A stretch of DNA of 64,000 bases from a virus. The first letter of the stretch is position 1, and each line of letters begins with the position of its first letter. Below the pieces are notes generated by a model, which saw only the letters and a list, made by a program, of their open reading frames with translations, was not told the DNA's origin and made no database searches. The stretch is from IMG/VR virus record IMGVR_UViG_3300044683_000172, positions 1 through 64,000 of that record. One strand, given 5' to 3'. The translations under genes and the position numbers were made by a program. Positions 9,264-18,406 of the stretch are shown here, one piece after another.

Positions 9264-9909
9264 CTTCAGCGCAGCAAACAAAGCGCGCTCCGACAAGGAA
9301 TTCCCATCATGCGCCGATTGGCCGTTGGTCAATTGGATGAATGCCGCGCATGGCGAATTGGGCGAGGCGTCCAATGTTCTAAAGAAGATGCTGCGCGGCG
9401 ACTACGGCCCGAACGGCGAGCGCTCGCCCGAGTTTCTTGCGGCATTCGGCAAGGAGCTTCACGACGCTCTGGCGTACATCGATCTGGCTGCGACATGCGC
9501 CGGTCTGTCGCTGGAAACGGTGACCATCCAGAAGTGGAACGAAGTCAGCGAGCGCATCGGCTCGTCGATGCGCATCGACGCAGATGGGTTGTTCAACATC
9601 GAACAGAAGAAGCATTCCGCACCCGCTCTGGCCAGCGGATCGATCTGGCCTCGCCGTCTGAATCCGGATGAGGTGCGAATCGGTATGCTGGTGCGCTATG
9701 CCAACGGAGAAACGGCCCTGGCCAAGATCGCGTCGCCGCACGCCGGTGGATGGCACGCCCATCAATGCATGGGTGGAATGCTCTTCGTGAGCGCCAATGG
9801 GTATGGCGGCTATCTCTATGAGCCGACCCAACAGGACATCGATACGTGGAACGAGTGCAAGAAGTGGCGCACCGACTTCGGACGGCACGCCGACCCTTCT
9901 GGCGTTTAA
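9250..9909 (+). CDS. MazG-like all-alpha NTP pyrophosphohydrolase domain fused to unknown C-terminal domain
   Basis: AAHGELGEASNVLKK...FGKELHDALAYIDLAA fits the MazG/NTP-PPase EExxE...ELxD pattern. Start at ATG 9250 with RBS ggagaaagacc. Confidence 0.55.
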   Translation: MHIRDFSAANKARSDKEFPSCADWPLVNWMNAAHGELGEASNVLKKMLRGDYGPNGERSPEFLAAFGKELHDALAYIDLAATCAGLSLETVTIQKWNEVSERIGSSMRIDADGLFNIEQKKHSAPALASGSIWPRRLNPDEVRIGMLVRYANGETALAKIASPHAGGWHAHQCMGGMLFVSANGYGGYLYEPTQQDIDTWNECKKWRTDFGRHADPSGV

Positions 9910-11306
9910 AGATCGAAGAATCCTGCCGGGGCGCGCTTCGGCTTGATCAAGGACATGATTACGGCGTCGGCGATGTTTGGCGATTTGATTCCGCGCTTTT
10001 CTTTCATGTCCTTCTTCGATTCCACTTTGAACTTGCCCATCCCATCAATGTCCTTTCGGGGTGCGGCAAGTTCTTGGCACATCTTGTTGAGGGTCTTTTC
10101 GCCTACCATGGCGACAATCGCGTCTTTGTCGATTGAAACGAGTTCGTCAAATGGGTGATCGACACCCAAGACGACTGCTTCATAAGTCTTTCGGAACATC
10201 GATGCAACGCGATCCCACATCTGCGCCTTGATGTTCGAAAAGTGCTCTCTGTTGAGAATCTTGACGTGAGGCAATTCCATGTACACGCCGTCCGGCTCAA
10301 GAACGCTGCCGCCTGCGTTGAACGGGTTGTAGCTCAGAATGAATCCATCATTGTTCGAGTCATTCAACTCAGCAAACTTCGATCCAACGTGCGCTCCTAC
10401 GCCGATGGAGTCGAAGTTCACTTCTGCGCCATACACCTTTGCGGCATTGTAGACGCGCGTCGAAGATTTCAGAATTTCGTTCTCCAGCCCATCCCATTCT
10501 TCAACGTGATCGATGATGTTTCCGGTGCAACCGACCAAGGCATTCTTGTCGTCTCCGTCGTCTGCAACGTCGAAACCCATCACGCGCTTGCCTTCCTTTT
10601 TCCAGCCAAGCTTCTTGTGGGCGTCGATTGCGGCAAGTACATATTCAAGACTGATGACGCTCTTGTCGCCGCCAGTCTTTGGAATCCCTCCATAGACGTG
10701 TTCGGCGTTCTTCCGATCCTTGCGGTATGCGTCGGCAATGACCTTTAGCATCGTGTCGCTGAGGAATGGATTCAGTTGCCAATTGAACAGCCGCTGGATC
10801 GAGTCTTCCGGTGGATCAACAACGAAGTATTGATACACAAAGTCCATCATCTCATCTGGGTTCCAGATGATCCAAATCTGGGAGCCTTTCTTACGAATTG
10901 TCGGCTCGATGACGTTCCATTGGTCTTGTGTCAAGTAGTGAGCTTCTTCTAGCCAGAGGATATCGACGCCTTCAGTGGACTTGATTTCGCTCAGGTTACG
11001 AGCGATACCGTAGAACAGAAACGATGAGCCGGTGCGCTTGTTGACAATCGAGTTCTTCAGAATTTGGAAGTCATTGCGCCATGGGCTATCTTCGATCTTG
11101 TCTTTCAGAAGAGTGTACACCGATTCATCAATGCGGTTCTGGAACTGACGTGCGCAAAGAATCTTCAGTGTGAAGTTGGCCGCGAGATACACTGCAATGC
11201 CGGCAGCGTCGTGGGACTTGCCGGACGCACGTCCGCCATACAGGACTTTGTAGCGCTTGCGTGCGCGCCAGAAGTCCTTCAGATAAGGGTTGAGACGGTA
11301 AGCCAT
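9906..11306 (-). CDS. terL: terminase large subunit
   Basis: Walker A GGRASGKS, WLEEAH, IWNPDE nuclease and ATPase motifs. 466 aa. Confidence 0.9.
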   Translation of the reverse strand: MAYRLNPYLKDFWRARKRYKVLYGGRASGKSHDAAGIAVYLAANFTLKILCARQFQNRIDESVYTLLKDKIEDSPWRNDFQILKNSIVNKRTGSSFLFYGIARNLSEIKSTEGVDILWLEEAHYLTQDQWNVIEPTIRKKGSQIWIIWNPDEMMDFVYQYFVVDPPEDSIQRLFNWQLNPFLSDTMLKVIADAYRKDRKNAEHVYGGIPKTGGDKSVISLEYVLAAIDAHKKLGWKKEGKRVMGFDVADDGDDKNALVGCTGNIIDHVEEWDGLENEILKSSTRVYNAAKVYGAEVNFDSIGVGAHVGSKFAELNDSNNDGFILSYNPFNAGGSVLEPDGVYMELPHVKILNREHFSNIKAQMWDRVASMFRKTYEAVVLGVDHPFDELVSIDKDAIVAMVGEKTLNKMCQELAAPRKDIDGMGKFKVESKKDMKEKRGIKSPNIADAVIMSLIKPKRAPAGFFDL

Positions 11307-11511
11307 GCAGTGTCCTCAGATGTCATACGGCCACTATTGTATGGACTGAGGTTCACCAAAGATACGTCGCACGCAATCGAATATCAGAATTCCCGACCAA
11401 ATCATAGGGATATCACAAATATGTTGCCTGCTCGTCAGAAATGGAGCAATATTCACTCATGCGATGAACGTTGTCAATCAAACGGACTACGCAGAAGTTG
11501 AAGAAATTTCT

Positions 11512-11539
11512 TTGACTTGTTTGTTCGGTGCCCTATAAT
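11512..11539 (+). promoter_or_regulatory. sigma70-like promoter (TTGACT-16nt-TATAAT) for the early plus-strand operon
   Basis: Near-consensus -35 and -10 hexamers about 50 bp upstream of the first early ORF. Confidence 0.55.
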
Positions 11540-11588
11540 CACTCTACCGCTGGGATGCAGCGGCAACCTAGAAAGACGAGAATTGATC

Positions 11589-12287
11589 ATGAAAACCATT
11601 GCTGATATCAAGGCTGCGACCACTTCGGAACTGGTTGCGTTCTGGAACGAGCACGCAGAATCTCAGATCAAGAAGTTTTCCGATCGAAAGACCGCCGAGG
11701 CCCGCTGCATCAAGCTTCTCGAAGGTCTGATTGCTACCGGCGACATCGACGCTGGCAGCGAAAAGAAGACGGAAGACGAAGACCTGAAGGCCGCTGCTGA
11801 ATCGGCGACGAAGGCCGCCAAGGCAGCTGAAGCAGCAGCCGAATCCGCCAAGGCAGCAGCGAAAACGGTCGAAACCGTGGTCAAGCACCACGAAGAAATC
11901 GAAAAGCGCGATGCGGTCGGCGCGTCCTGGCTCCGCGAAGCCGAGGCGGCCGCGAACGCCAAGAAAGCCCAAGGCGGAACGCCCAAGGAAGTGTCCGAAG
12001 CGGCGCAAAAGGCTTCCCTGGCCCATCGGTCGGCCTCGAACGCCGCTGGCGTAGCGGCCAGCTGGCACGATCCAGAAGTGCGGGCGGCCCGCCAAAAGCG
12101 CGACGGCGTTACGGTGGAGGTTGACGGAAAGAAGACTTCGCATAAGAGTACGCGAGACGCCTTCCGCCACTATCGCCTGCCGGACTCGAAGCACATTCGC
12201 TTCCGCATGCGCCTGAAGGAGTCGCGCTCGGAAGTCTTCGAGCACAACGGCAAGAAGTACAAATTCACGATGGGGTCGGACGAGTAA
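11589..12287 (+). CDS. hypothetical Ala/Lys/Glu-rich protein
   Basis: In-frame ATG at 11589 after RBS gaaagacgag. Central AKAAEAAAESAKAA low-complexity helix. Confidence 0.5.
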   Translation: MKTIADIKAATTSELVAFWNEHAESQIKKFSDRKTAEARCIKLLEGLIATGDIDAGSEKKTEDEDLKAAAESATKAAKAAEAAAESAKAAAKTVETVVKHHEEIEKRDAVGASWLREAEAAANAKKAQGGTPKEVSEAAQKASLAHRSASNAAGVAASWHDPEVRAARQKRDGVTVEVDGKKTSHKSTRDAFRHYRLPDSKHIRFRMRLKESRSEVFEHNGKKYKFTMGSDE

Positions 12288-12364
12288 GAACAAGAGCGGG
12301 GAGAAGTCGGCTTGTGGGCGGTCCGAGGGTCGCCCATCTTTTTGAATTCAACCGGACACAAGAT

Positions 12365-12505
12365 ATGCCGAACAATCGAAAGTTTGACCGTCGCGCTGCC
12401 AATCGGGATCGCTTCGAAGATCGTGGCCGAAAGGCGAAGGCTTATTCGCGGACCGAACGCCGCGACTCGAAGCGTGCTGCTCGAAATTGGGCGCTGGAGG
12501 GTTGA
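12365..12505 (+). CDS. small basic hypothetical protein
   Basis: 46-aa Arg/Lys-rich ORF. Confidence 0.3.
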   Translation: MPNNRKFDRRAANRDRFEDRGRKAKAYSRTERRDSKRAARNWALEG

Positions 12506-12507
12506 TC

Positions 12508-12807
12508 ATGAACTATATCAAGCGCCAGTTCTGGGAAGAAGTCCGTCAACTCGCCACATTCTTTGTTACGCAGTGGTTTGAGCCGACGGAACCGCCCGTG
12601 CACATCGGATGGTATGAGACGGTGGCCATTCTGGATGAGAGTCGCCCGGCTCCTGCCGATACAGACGATGGATATATGGCCTTCTGGGACGGCAACGAAT
12701 GGAAAATCTTCGACCGCCAGGAATGGTTTGACGGTGATCGTTGGCACAAGGCTCGAATCGTTACCGCAAGGCACCAAACGCGATACTGGCGAGGCCATCA
12801 CAAATGA
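12508..12807 (+). CDS. hypothetical protein
   Basis: ATG 12508 after ggagggttgatc. Confidence 0.45.
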   Translation: MNYIKRQFWEEVRQLATFFVTQWFEPTEPPVHIGWYETVAILDESRPAPADTDDGYMAFWDGNEWKIFDRQEWFDGDRWHKARIVTARHQTRYWRGHHK

Positions 12808-13016
12808 TCGAAGACCTGCAATTCAGCATGTTTCTGAACGTCGTCGAAGACACGCTGAAGCGCAATCGTTGCAAGGCCGATTTGAACGCTCTTGAGATCG
12901 GCCTTGCTCGAAAGGCGTACGCCAATGGTGAACCCGCATATATTGCGGCTTCGGTTATCGTCTCATATCGCCTTCACGAATTCCGTAAGATGCCTACATC
13001 GCCAACCATTCACTAG
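12804..13016 (+). CDS. hypothetical protein
   Basis: ATG overlaps the upstream stop (ATGA). Confidence 0.4.
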   Translation: MIEDLQFSMFLNVVEDTLKRNRCKADLNALEIGLARKAYANGEPAYIAASVIVSYRLHEFRKMPTSPTIH

Positions 13017-13025
13017 GAGAACAAG

Positions 13026-13247
13026 ATGAATTTCATGCCAACCCAAATCACCATCGCCGTCCGCACGCTGTCTGGCCGGATGTACCCTCCCATCTTGGAC
13101 GGGATCGCGTGCGAGCCGATTCGCGTTGCTTGCCGTCACCTTCGTGATGAGCGCGCCATCGCCGACGGCGAATTCACCAGGCTGAAGAAGTCTTTGGTGC
13201 TGTTTGACGAAGCAGTCAAGCAAAAGAATAAGTCGAAGGTTCACTGA
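13026..13247 (+). CDS. hypothetical protein
   Basis: 73-aa ORF with RBS aggagaacaagATG. Confidence 0.4.
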   Translation: MNFMPTQITIAVRTLSGRMYPPILDGIACEPIRVACRHLRDERAIADGEFTRLKKSLVLFDEAVKQKNKSKVH

Positions 13248-13582
13248 TGTTCGACCATATCATCCACGAACATCCGGACGACCGCGCACGGAGAATCGCC
13301 GCGAGTCTGGCGAGCAATCCGATCTTCAACCGACTGAATGGAGCACAACGGCCCATGTCCGAACTTCTTCCTTTCCTGAAGGACGTCACGCGTGCAGAAA
13401 AGGCGAGCGCCCAGGCCGTCTCAGAGGCCGTCGAAAACCTGGACGCGGTCCTGTTCACCGGTGACCTGTTTTTCGATGCGGAGCGCGTGAGCCAGCTGGA
13501 GAATCTTCTGAACCGCTGGCGGAATCAGGCCGTCATCTGTCGCAGAATCGCCAGCGATATCGCGGCCGGAGACGGCCAATGA
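13247..13582 (+). CDS. hypothetical protein
   Basis: Start overlaps the previous stop. Confidence 0.45.
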   Translation: MFDHIIHEHPDDRARRIAASLASNPIFNRLNGAQRPMSELLPFLKDVTRAEKASAQAVSEAVENLDAVLFTGDLFFDAERVSQLENLLNRWRNQAVICRRIASDIAAGDGQ

Positions 13583-13914
13583 CCTTTTACTACACAGGAC
13601 GCGATCCTGTGGCAGACCTGCTCAAGATGTTCGAAGGGACGACGAAAGTTCAGGATGTCGTCGCCATCGGATGGCTGGATTTGACAGGTCGCCAGATCGG
13701 ATACGGCCGCGCTCAGCAGATTCTCAGTCTTCTGAACAAGAACATGGGCATCAACTCGTCCGGACCGATGGAAGCGACGGCAATCGACAGCCTACGGACC
13801 ATCGGGAACCAGATCGGCCACCAAAAGGCGCAGCGAATCCTGCAACTGCTGTGGGCGGACTATCTCAGAAAATGCGGCCATCCAATGGAAGGCGCGTTGA
13901 GTGGAGACCTTTGA
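13579..13914 (+). CDS. hypothetical protein
   Basis: Start overlaps the previous stop (ATGA). Confidence 0.45.
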   Translation: MTFYYTGRDPVADLLKMFEGTTKVQDVVAIGWLDLTGRQIGYGRAQQILSLLNKNMGINSSGPMEATAIDSLRTIGNQIGHQKAQRILQLLWADYLRKCGHPMEGALSGDL

Positions 13915-14016
13915 CACGTCCAACTCCTTCGCAAAATGATCATCCGCATCCTGGCAGCATCCGTTATCCTTGCTTTCTTCCTCTTTTGCTCGCCAATCTT
14001 GGCGTAAGGAGTCGTC

Positions 14017-14229
14017 TTGAAAATCTTTCTCAAGTTGGCGTTGATTCTCGCCATGGTGATGCTGATCTCCTTCATGTTGGGAGTCGTCTCGCCGATCCTT
14101 ATCAACTCCGATTCGTGGATCGGCATTGCCGTGCTGCCATTCGTGTGGTTGGCCGTAATCGGCGCCAACATCGTCGTGATCAAGCTTACTTTCTTCTCAA
14201 CCCTCCAACAACAAAAGGAGAACAAATGA
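14017..14229 (+). CDS. small two-TM membrane protein (possible NfeD-like partner of the SPFH protein)
   Basis: 70 aa, two hydrophobic helices. Overlaps the start of the SPFH gene. Confidence 0.5.
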   Translation: MKIFLKLALILAMVMLISFMLGVVSPILINSDSWIGIAVLPFVWLAVIGANIVVIKLTFFSTLQQQKENK

Positions 14230-15050
14230 AACGATTCCGTTCGCTCATCCTCGCGGCCTTCATCGGCTGCATGTCGCTTCTCGCTGGCTGCGACAACGTT
14301 CCGGCAGGCCACGTCGGCATCCAGGTCTCGCGCTACGGCGGCGACCGAGGCGTCAACATCGACGTGAAACAGCCGGGCCGATATTTCAACGGCTGGAACG
14401 TGGACATGTTCCTGTTCCCCACGTTCACCCAATCGCATGTCTGGGACAAGGCCGGTTCCGATGAATCGTTCACGTTCCAAACGGTCGAAGGCCTGAGCGT
14501 CAACACCGATGTCGGGATCAGCTATACCATCGCGCCCGAGAATGCTGCGAAGGTCTTCCAGAAATATCGGCGAGGTGTCGATGAGATCACGGCCGTGTAC
14601 CTTCGTGCCATGGTCCGCGATACGCTCAACCTTGCCGGCGCCCGTATGGCAATCGAAGACGTGTACGGCAAGGGCAAAGCTGATCTTCAGAAGAGCGTGG
14701 AAGACGACGTGAAGAAGCAAGCCGCGAGCGTCGGCATCACGGTCGAATCCGTGTACTTCGTGAATGAGATGCGATTGCCGCCTTCCGTCGTGAACTCGAT
14801 CAACGCGAAGATCGCCGCGACGCAAGTTGCCCAGCAGAAGGAAAACGAGCTACGCGCAGCCGAGGCGGATGCGGCCAAGGCGATTGCCCAGGCCAAGGGC
14901 GAAGCCGAAGCGACACGAATCCGTGGCGAGGCGCTACGATCCAGCCCGCAGGCGCTCCAGCAGTTGGCAATCGAGCGCTGGGACGGCAAGTTGCCTCAGT
15001 ACATCGGCGCCGGTCAGCCGGTCCCGTTTGTCGGCGCGACGGTGAAGTGA
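14226..15050 (+). CDS. SPFH/band-7 (stomatin/prohibitin-like) lipoprotein
   Basis: N-terminal MKRFRSLILAAFIGCMSLLAGC (signal plus lipobox), then SPFH-like core and a C-terminal Ala/Glu-rich coiled coil (AQQKENELRAAEADAAKAIAQAKGEAEA). RBS aaaaggagaacaaATG. The longer 13671 start in the ORF track overlaps upstream genes and is rejected. Confidence 0.65.
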   Translation: MKRFRSLILAAFIGCMSLLAGCDNVPAGHVGIQVSRYGGDRGVNIDVKQPGRYFNGWNVDMFLFPTFTQSHVWDKAGSDESFTFQTVEGLSVNTDVGISYTIAPENAAKVFQKYRRGVDEITAVYLRAMVRDTLNLAGARMAIEDVYGKGKADLQKSVEDDVKKQAASVGITVESVYFVNEMRLPPSVVNSINAKIAATQVAQQKENELRAAEADAAKAIAQAKGEAEATRIRGEALRSSPQALQQLAIERWDGKLPQYIGAGQPVPFVGATVK

Positions 15051-15277
15051 TGGCCAAGATGATGTTGGACGGCGAGCGCCGTGTGATCAAACGCATCGGA
15101 TGCGATATCGACCAGGGCGGCCTGTCCATGGATGTCGTGGCGATTCGGATTGACAGCGAAACTCCATATGTCGCTCTGAAGCACGGCAACCAGGAGTTCG
15201 TCTTCACCGACTCTGAGGCATCCGAACTCGCCGCGCGGATCAAGAAGGCTTTGGCGATCCTTCCATCCAGCAAATAG
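15047..15277 (+). CDS. hypothetical protein
   Basis: 76-aa ORF overlapping the upstream stop. Confidence 0.4.
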   Translation: MMAKMMLDGERRVIKRIGCDIDQGGLSMDVVAIRIDSETPYVALKHGNQEFVFTDSEASELAARIKKALAILPSSK

Positions 15278-15308
15278 CCCTTCACTTCAGTCGGATTTCT
15301 GATAGTTG

Positions 15309-15337
15309 TTGCCCGCGCCTCAAAACGCGGGCATAAT
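15309..15337 (+). promoter_or_regulatory. promoter-like TTGCCC-17nt-CATAAT whose spacer is a GC hairpin (also a likely terminator for the upstream gene)
   Basis: cccgcgcctcaaaacgcggg hairpin embedded between the -35-like and CATAAT elements. Confidence 0.4.
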
Positions 15338-15376
15338 TCTTTCTACGGTGATTGACCGTGCTAACCGAGAACTGAA

Positions 15377-15706
15377 ATGAACGCCAACCAAATTCTGCGT
15401 GGATTCCAAGCCCTCAACCAATCGGTACTCGGAGATAAGGTTACGGGCGACATTTTTGCTGATTGGGCAGCGGCGAGCGACGAACTCAAACGCGCGGCAA
15501 CGGAAGAGAAGAAGCGCCAGGACGCTCACGATCAATCGGAATTCGCCAAGGATGTGGCCGATGCTCAATACTACAAATCCGAAGACTTCCGACGGGACGT
15601 CATCGAAGCCCTTGTTGAAGAAGGCTGCACGGAACTTCAGGCCAACGGACGTACGCGCGATCAGTTCCACCTCTTCAAAGAGGCCCAACGGCTCGGTTTG
15701 ATGTGA
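15377..15706 (+). CDS. hypothetical protein
   Basis: 109-aa ORF. Confidence 0.45.
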   Translation: MNANQILRGFQALNQSVLGDKVTGDIFADWAAASDELKRAATEEKKRQDAHDQSEFAKDVADAQYYKSEDFRRDVIEALVEEGCTELQANGRTRDQFHLFKEAQRLGLM

Positions 15707-15724
15707 ATATTTTTGATATTCTGC

Positions 15725-15753
15725 TTGCCGACTCTCAAAAATACATGCATAAT
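15725..15753 (+). promoter_or_regulatory. sigma70-like promoter TTGCCG-17nt-CATAAT
   Basis: Spacing and hexamers fit. Same CATAAT -10 seen at other early-gene junctions. Confidence 0.45.
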
Positions 15754-15786
15754 CTCTTTACTGACTAACGCAACTAAGCGAACGAA

Positions 15787-15936
15787 ATGGGCAAGAAAGC
15801 AACTATCGAATGGGCGAAGAAGAATGGCGTTTCGCGCGTCTATCGCCACCGCGACGGTATTGGTCGCGTGTCGTTCTTTGCTACCAACGACGTTCGCGAA
15901 GAGTCGGCCTTCATCACCCTTGTTTGGAGCGCTTAA
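15787..15936 (+). CDS. small hypothetical protein (49 aa)
   Basis: ATG after gcgaacgaa. Below the ORF-track length cutoff. Confidence 0.3.
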   Translation: MGKKATIEWAKKNGVSRVYRHRDGIGRVSFFATNDVREESAFITLVWSA

Positions 15937-15938
15937 TC

Positions 15939-16142
15939 ATGATCCACATCGAATTTCAAGACGAAGACGGCGGCCAAGTCATCGCGTTCGCCGAGACGGA
16001 AGAGGAAGCCGTACGGATCGCGTGCGGCGCTCTGAAGTGCAACTCCGGCCCGCTCAGTCGCGCGCCTTGCAAACTGTTCTCCGTTCTCGCTGCGCGAGTG
16101 GACGATGCGTATGGCGGAGAAGCCGGTGTGGTGATGTACTAA
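15939..16142 (+). CDS. hypothetical protein
   Basis: ATG at 15939 overlapping the previous stop (TAATCATG). Confidence 0.4.
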   Translation: MIHIEFQDEDGGQVIAFAETEEEAVRIACGALKCNSGPLSRAPCKLFSVLAARVDDAYGGEAGVVMY

Positions 16143-16311
16143 GTCTGAGAATATCATGCTCACGTTCAAACTCAACGGCTATACTTACCGGACGAATGCC
16201 GACGCATCGACAGTGGAATATCTTCACGATGGCGTTTGGATTCGCACGACCTCTTTCCGCGTTATCTCAGCCGCCAGAACGGCGCTGGGTCTTTAACTCA
16301 GGAGATTTAAC

Positions 16312-16560
16312 ATGACTATTTCTGTCCGTCCTTCCCGCGCGAAGCCGCGAAACATGCTGGAGCAGATGTCGCCTATCGCCGTGCAGGCTGTCGCCGCCCT
16401 TCTCGGCTTTCACCACAACCTTCCGCAGGACCACATGGTTGGTCTGCGGAATCGCCTCAGCAACCTTCCGCCGTTGCTGGAAAAGGAAGGCGGCCACACC
16501 ATCGGCGACTACATGAGCGCTTATATCAAGTGCCTTGTGGTTGAATTCGAAGTCTATTGA
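16312..16560 (+). CDS. hypothetical protein
   Basis: RBS aggagatttaacATG. Confidence 0.45.
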   Translation: MTISVRPSRAKPRNMLEQMSPIAVQAVAALLGFHHNLPQDHMVGLRNRLSNLPPLLEKEGGHTIGDYMSAYIKCLVVEFEVY

Positions 16561-16572
16561 CTAGGTCGGCCA

Positions 16573-16842
16573 ATGAAAATCCTGGTCAAAATCCGAGCCA
16601 ACATCGGAGACGGCATCGAGCGCAACTGGATCGATTGTCCTTGGGCCGATTCTCTTCAGTCTGCGTGGCCGGTCCTGTCTGCACTTGCATCAGCGCACGG
16701 TTTCATTCTCGATGAGATCGTGGACGAGAGCGGCAGATTTTTCTACGGCCGCAATGATGAATACAAGGCGTCTGTCTTACAGATGCGGATGCTGACGAGA
16801 CTTTCACGAAGGTCGAGTTGCGCGCAATATTTGGATTTGTGA
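16573..16842 (+). CDS. hypothetical protein
   Basis: 89-aa ORF. Confidence 0.45.
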   Translation: MKILVKIRANIGDGIERNWIDCPWADSLQSAWPVLSALASAHGFILDEIVDESGRFFYGRNDEYKASVLQMRMLTRLSRRSSCAQYLDL

Positions 16843-16954
16843 CACAAATGACCATGCACTACACACGAATTCGCGGCGACTACTTCTGCAAACGTTGCGG
16901 CTATCTCAATCCTGCGTTTCTGAACGCGTGCTGGGTTTGCGGAACGAAGTCCTG

Positions 16955-17146
16955 ATGCCGTACATCTTCATCACAAGCCGCGATCCGCGCAGCGGCCGTA
17001 CTAACATCAAGTTTGTCCATCGTCGTCGCGCAGGCGCTTTGGGCCGTGGACCAGACACTGTCCTTCGTGAAGCAATTGGATTGACTGAACCTCAGTTGAT
17101 TCAGTTTCGCGATAAGATCAAGCGGGACTTTTCTTTGAAGGAGTGA
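16955..17146 (+). CDS. hypothetical protein
   Basis: Internal ATG chosen to avoid a long overlap. Confidence 0.35.
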   Translation: MPYIFITSRDPRSGRTNIKFVHRRRAGALGRGPDTVLREAIGLTEPQLIQFRDKIKRDFSLKE

Positions 17147-17149
17147 TCC

Positions 17150-17425
17150 ATGAACAACTGGATGATCGTTCTGCCGAATCCCAATGGCAATCACTCGGCC
17201 GCATTTGGCTCGACGCGCGAAGAGGCAGCCGCGAATCTCGTCGATCTCTATAAACGGAACAGGCGCGTTCTGGCCTCTGAGATCGCAGTGAATGGGCAAT
17301 ATCTCGGCGTCGAAGTCTTTCGAATCTCGGATGATCCATGCATCGAGAGCGTCATCACCAGCGGCGTGCGCGAAAACCTGTTTGATATCATGAAGACGAT
17401 CAATGGAACATCAAGCCTCAAGTGA
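17150..17425 (+). CDS. hypothetical protein
   Basis: RBS aaggagtgatccATG. Confidence 0.45.
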   Translation: MNNWMIVLPNPNGNHSAAFGSTREEAAANLVDLYKRNRRVLASEIAVNGQYLGVEVFRISDDPCIESVITSGVRENLFDIMKTINGTSSLK

Positions 17426-17675
17426 CGCTCTTCGTGAGCGCATCGACGAGTTTAACAGGAATCTCGTCCCAAAGATGATGCAGTCATTCATCCGCGAAAC
17501 ACGTCTTATGAAGAAGCCGAGCATTCGTCGTGTTCAGCTCAAACAGGGTAAGGATGCAGGCAAGTGGATCTGGGGCGCAAAGATCAGTGTTATTCACACG
17601 CCTGTGGAATTGGAACGGGCGGCGCTGGCCTTTTGCGATGAACTCAACCGGAAGGAATCCCAACATGGAACCTGA
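17403..17675 (+). CDS. hypothetical protein
   Basis: 90-aa ORF. Confidence 0.4.
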   Translation: MEHQASSDALRERIDEFNRNLVPKMMQSFIRETRLMKKPSIRRVQLKQGKDAGKWIWGAKISVIHTPVELERAALAFCDELNRKESQHGT

Positions 17676-18072
17676 AATGAAGTTCATGATTCTGGCACTT
17701 CTGGTGTCGCTCTTGGTATTCTGCATCGCGCTTGTGCGTTGGTGGATCGTGGTTGGAAGGAAGCCACCCAAGGCCGGCACTTACTGGCCAATGCCGCCTG
17801 TTCCTCCAGCGAATTTGCGGCGCCCTAACGCGAACTACAAGCGCGCCATAGCAGCGGCTGATGCCAGGAATAAGCCGGTCATTTCCAAGATTGAAACAAT
17901 AGGTATGTTTCCTGAAAGTCATATTTGGGCAGTAGTATATCCAATGTTGTACGATCACCTTCGAAATGCAGATGAGGCTAAAGCGTGCGAACATCATGCT
18001 CGAAGACTCAATCTAAAATCCCGAATCGAGAAAAGGAGCCAAAATGAAAGTCATCGCAAAATACAACAATGA
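17665..18072 (+). CDS. single-TM membrane protein
   Basis: MEPEMKFMILALLVSLLVFCIALVRWWIV hydrophobic helix. Confidence 0.45.
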   Translation: MEPEMKFMILALLVSLLVFCIALVRWWIVVGRKPPKAGTYWPMPPVPPANLRRPNANYKRAIAAADARNKPVISKIETIGMFPESHIWAVVYPMLYDHLRNADEAKACEHHARRLNLKSRIEKRSQNESHRKIQQ

Positions 18073-18406
18073 GTTCAGACCGTTCGAATTGATGATTCGA
18101 GTCGAGCACCAAACTGAACTGGAAGCGCTTTTCCAGCTGTCTCGATTGGTGACTTCTGTTCCGGAGACGGTCATTCGCCAGATGGAGCAGATGCACAGCA
18201 ATCCGCAGCTGAATGCAAGCTTGAGTTCCATCGAGAGCGATCTCCGCGCAGCGCTCAATGATGTTCTGGGCGCGCTTTCGCCGATTCGGAGTTCGCTCGT
18301 TGGTGCTACCGTCGCTGCTTACCAGAACGAGCCCAAGATCAGGTCCAGCAATGGCGACGACAAACTCACAACCGCCGAGGCAAAAGGGCTCAGCAGTCAC
18401 GGTTAA
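18044..18406 (+). CDS. hypothetical protein
   Basis: RBS aaaaggagccaaaATG. Confidence 0.45.
   Translation: MKVIAKYNNEFRPFELMIRVEHQTELEALFQLSRLVTSVPETVIRQMEQMHSNPQLNASLSSIESDLRAALNDVLGALSPIRSSLVGATVAAYQNEPKIRSSNGDDKLTTAEAKGLSSHG

Noticed and set aside
13671-14225. Long N-terminal extension of the SPFH ORF (track start 13671)
   Set aside because: The extension overlaps two upstream genes in other frames and is Arg/Pro-rich. A strong RBS plus signal-peptide start occurs at 14226.
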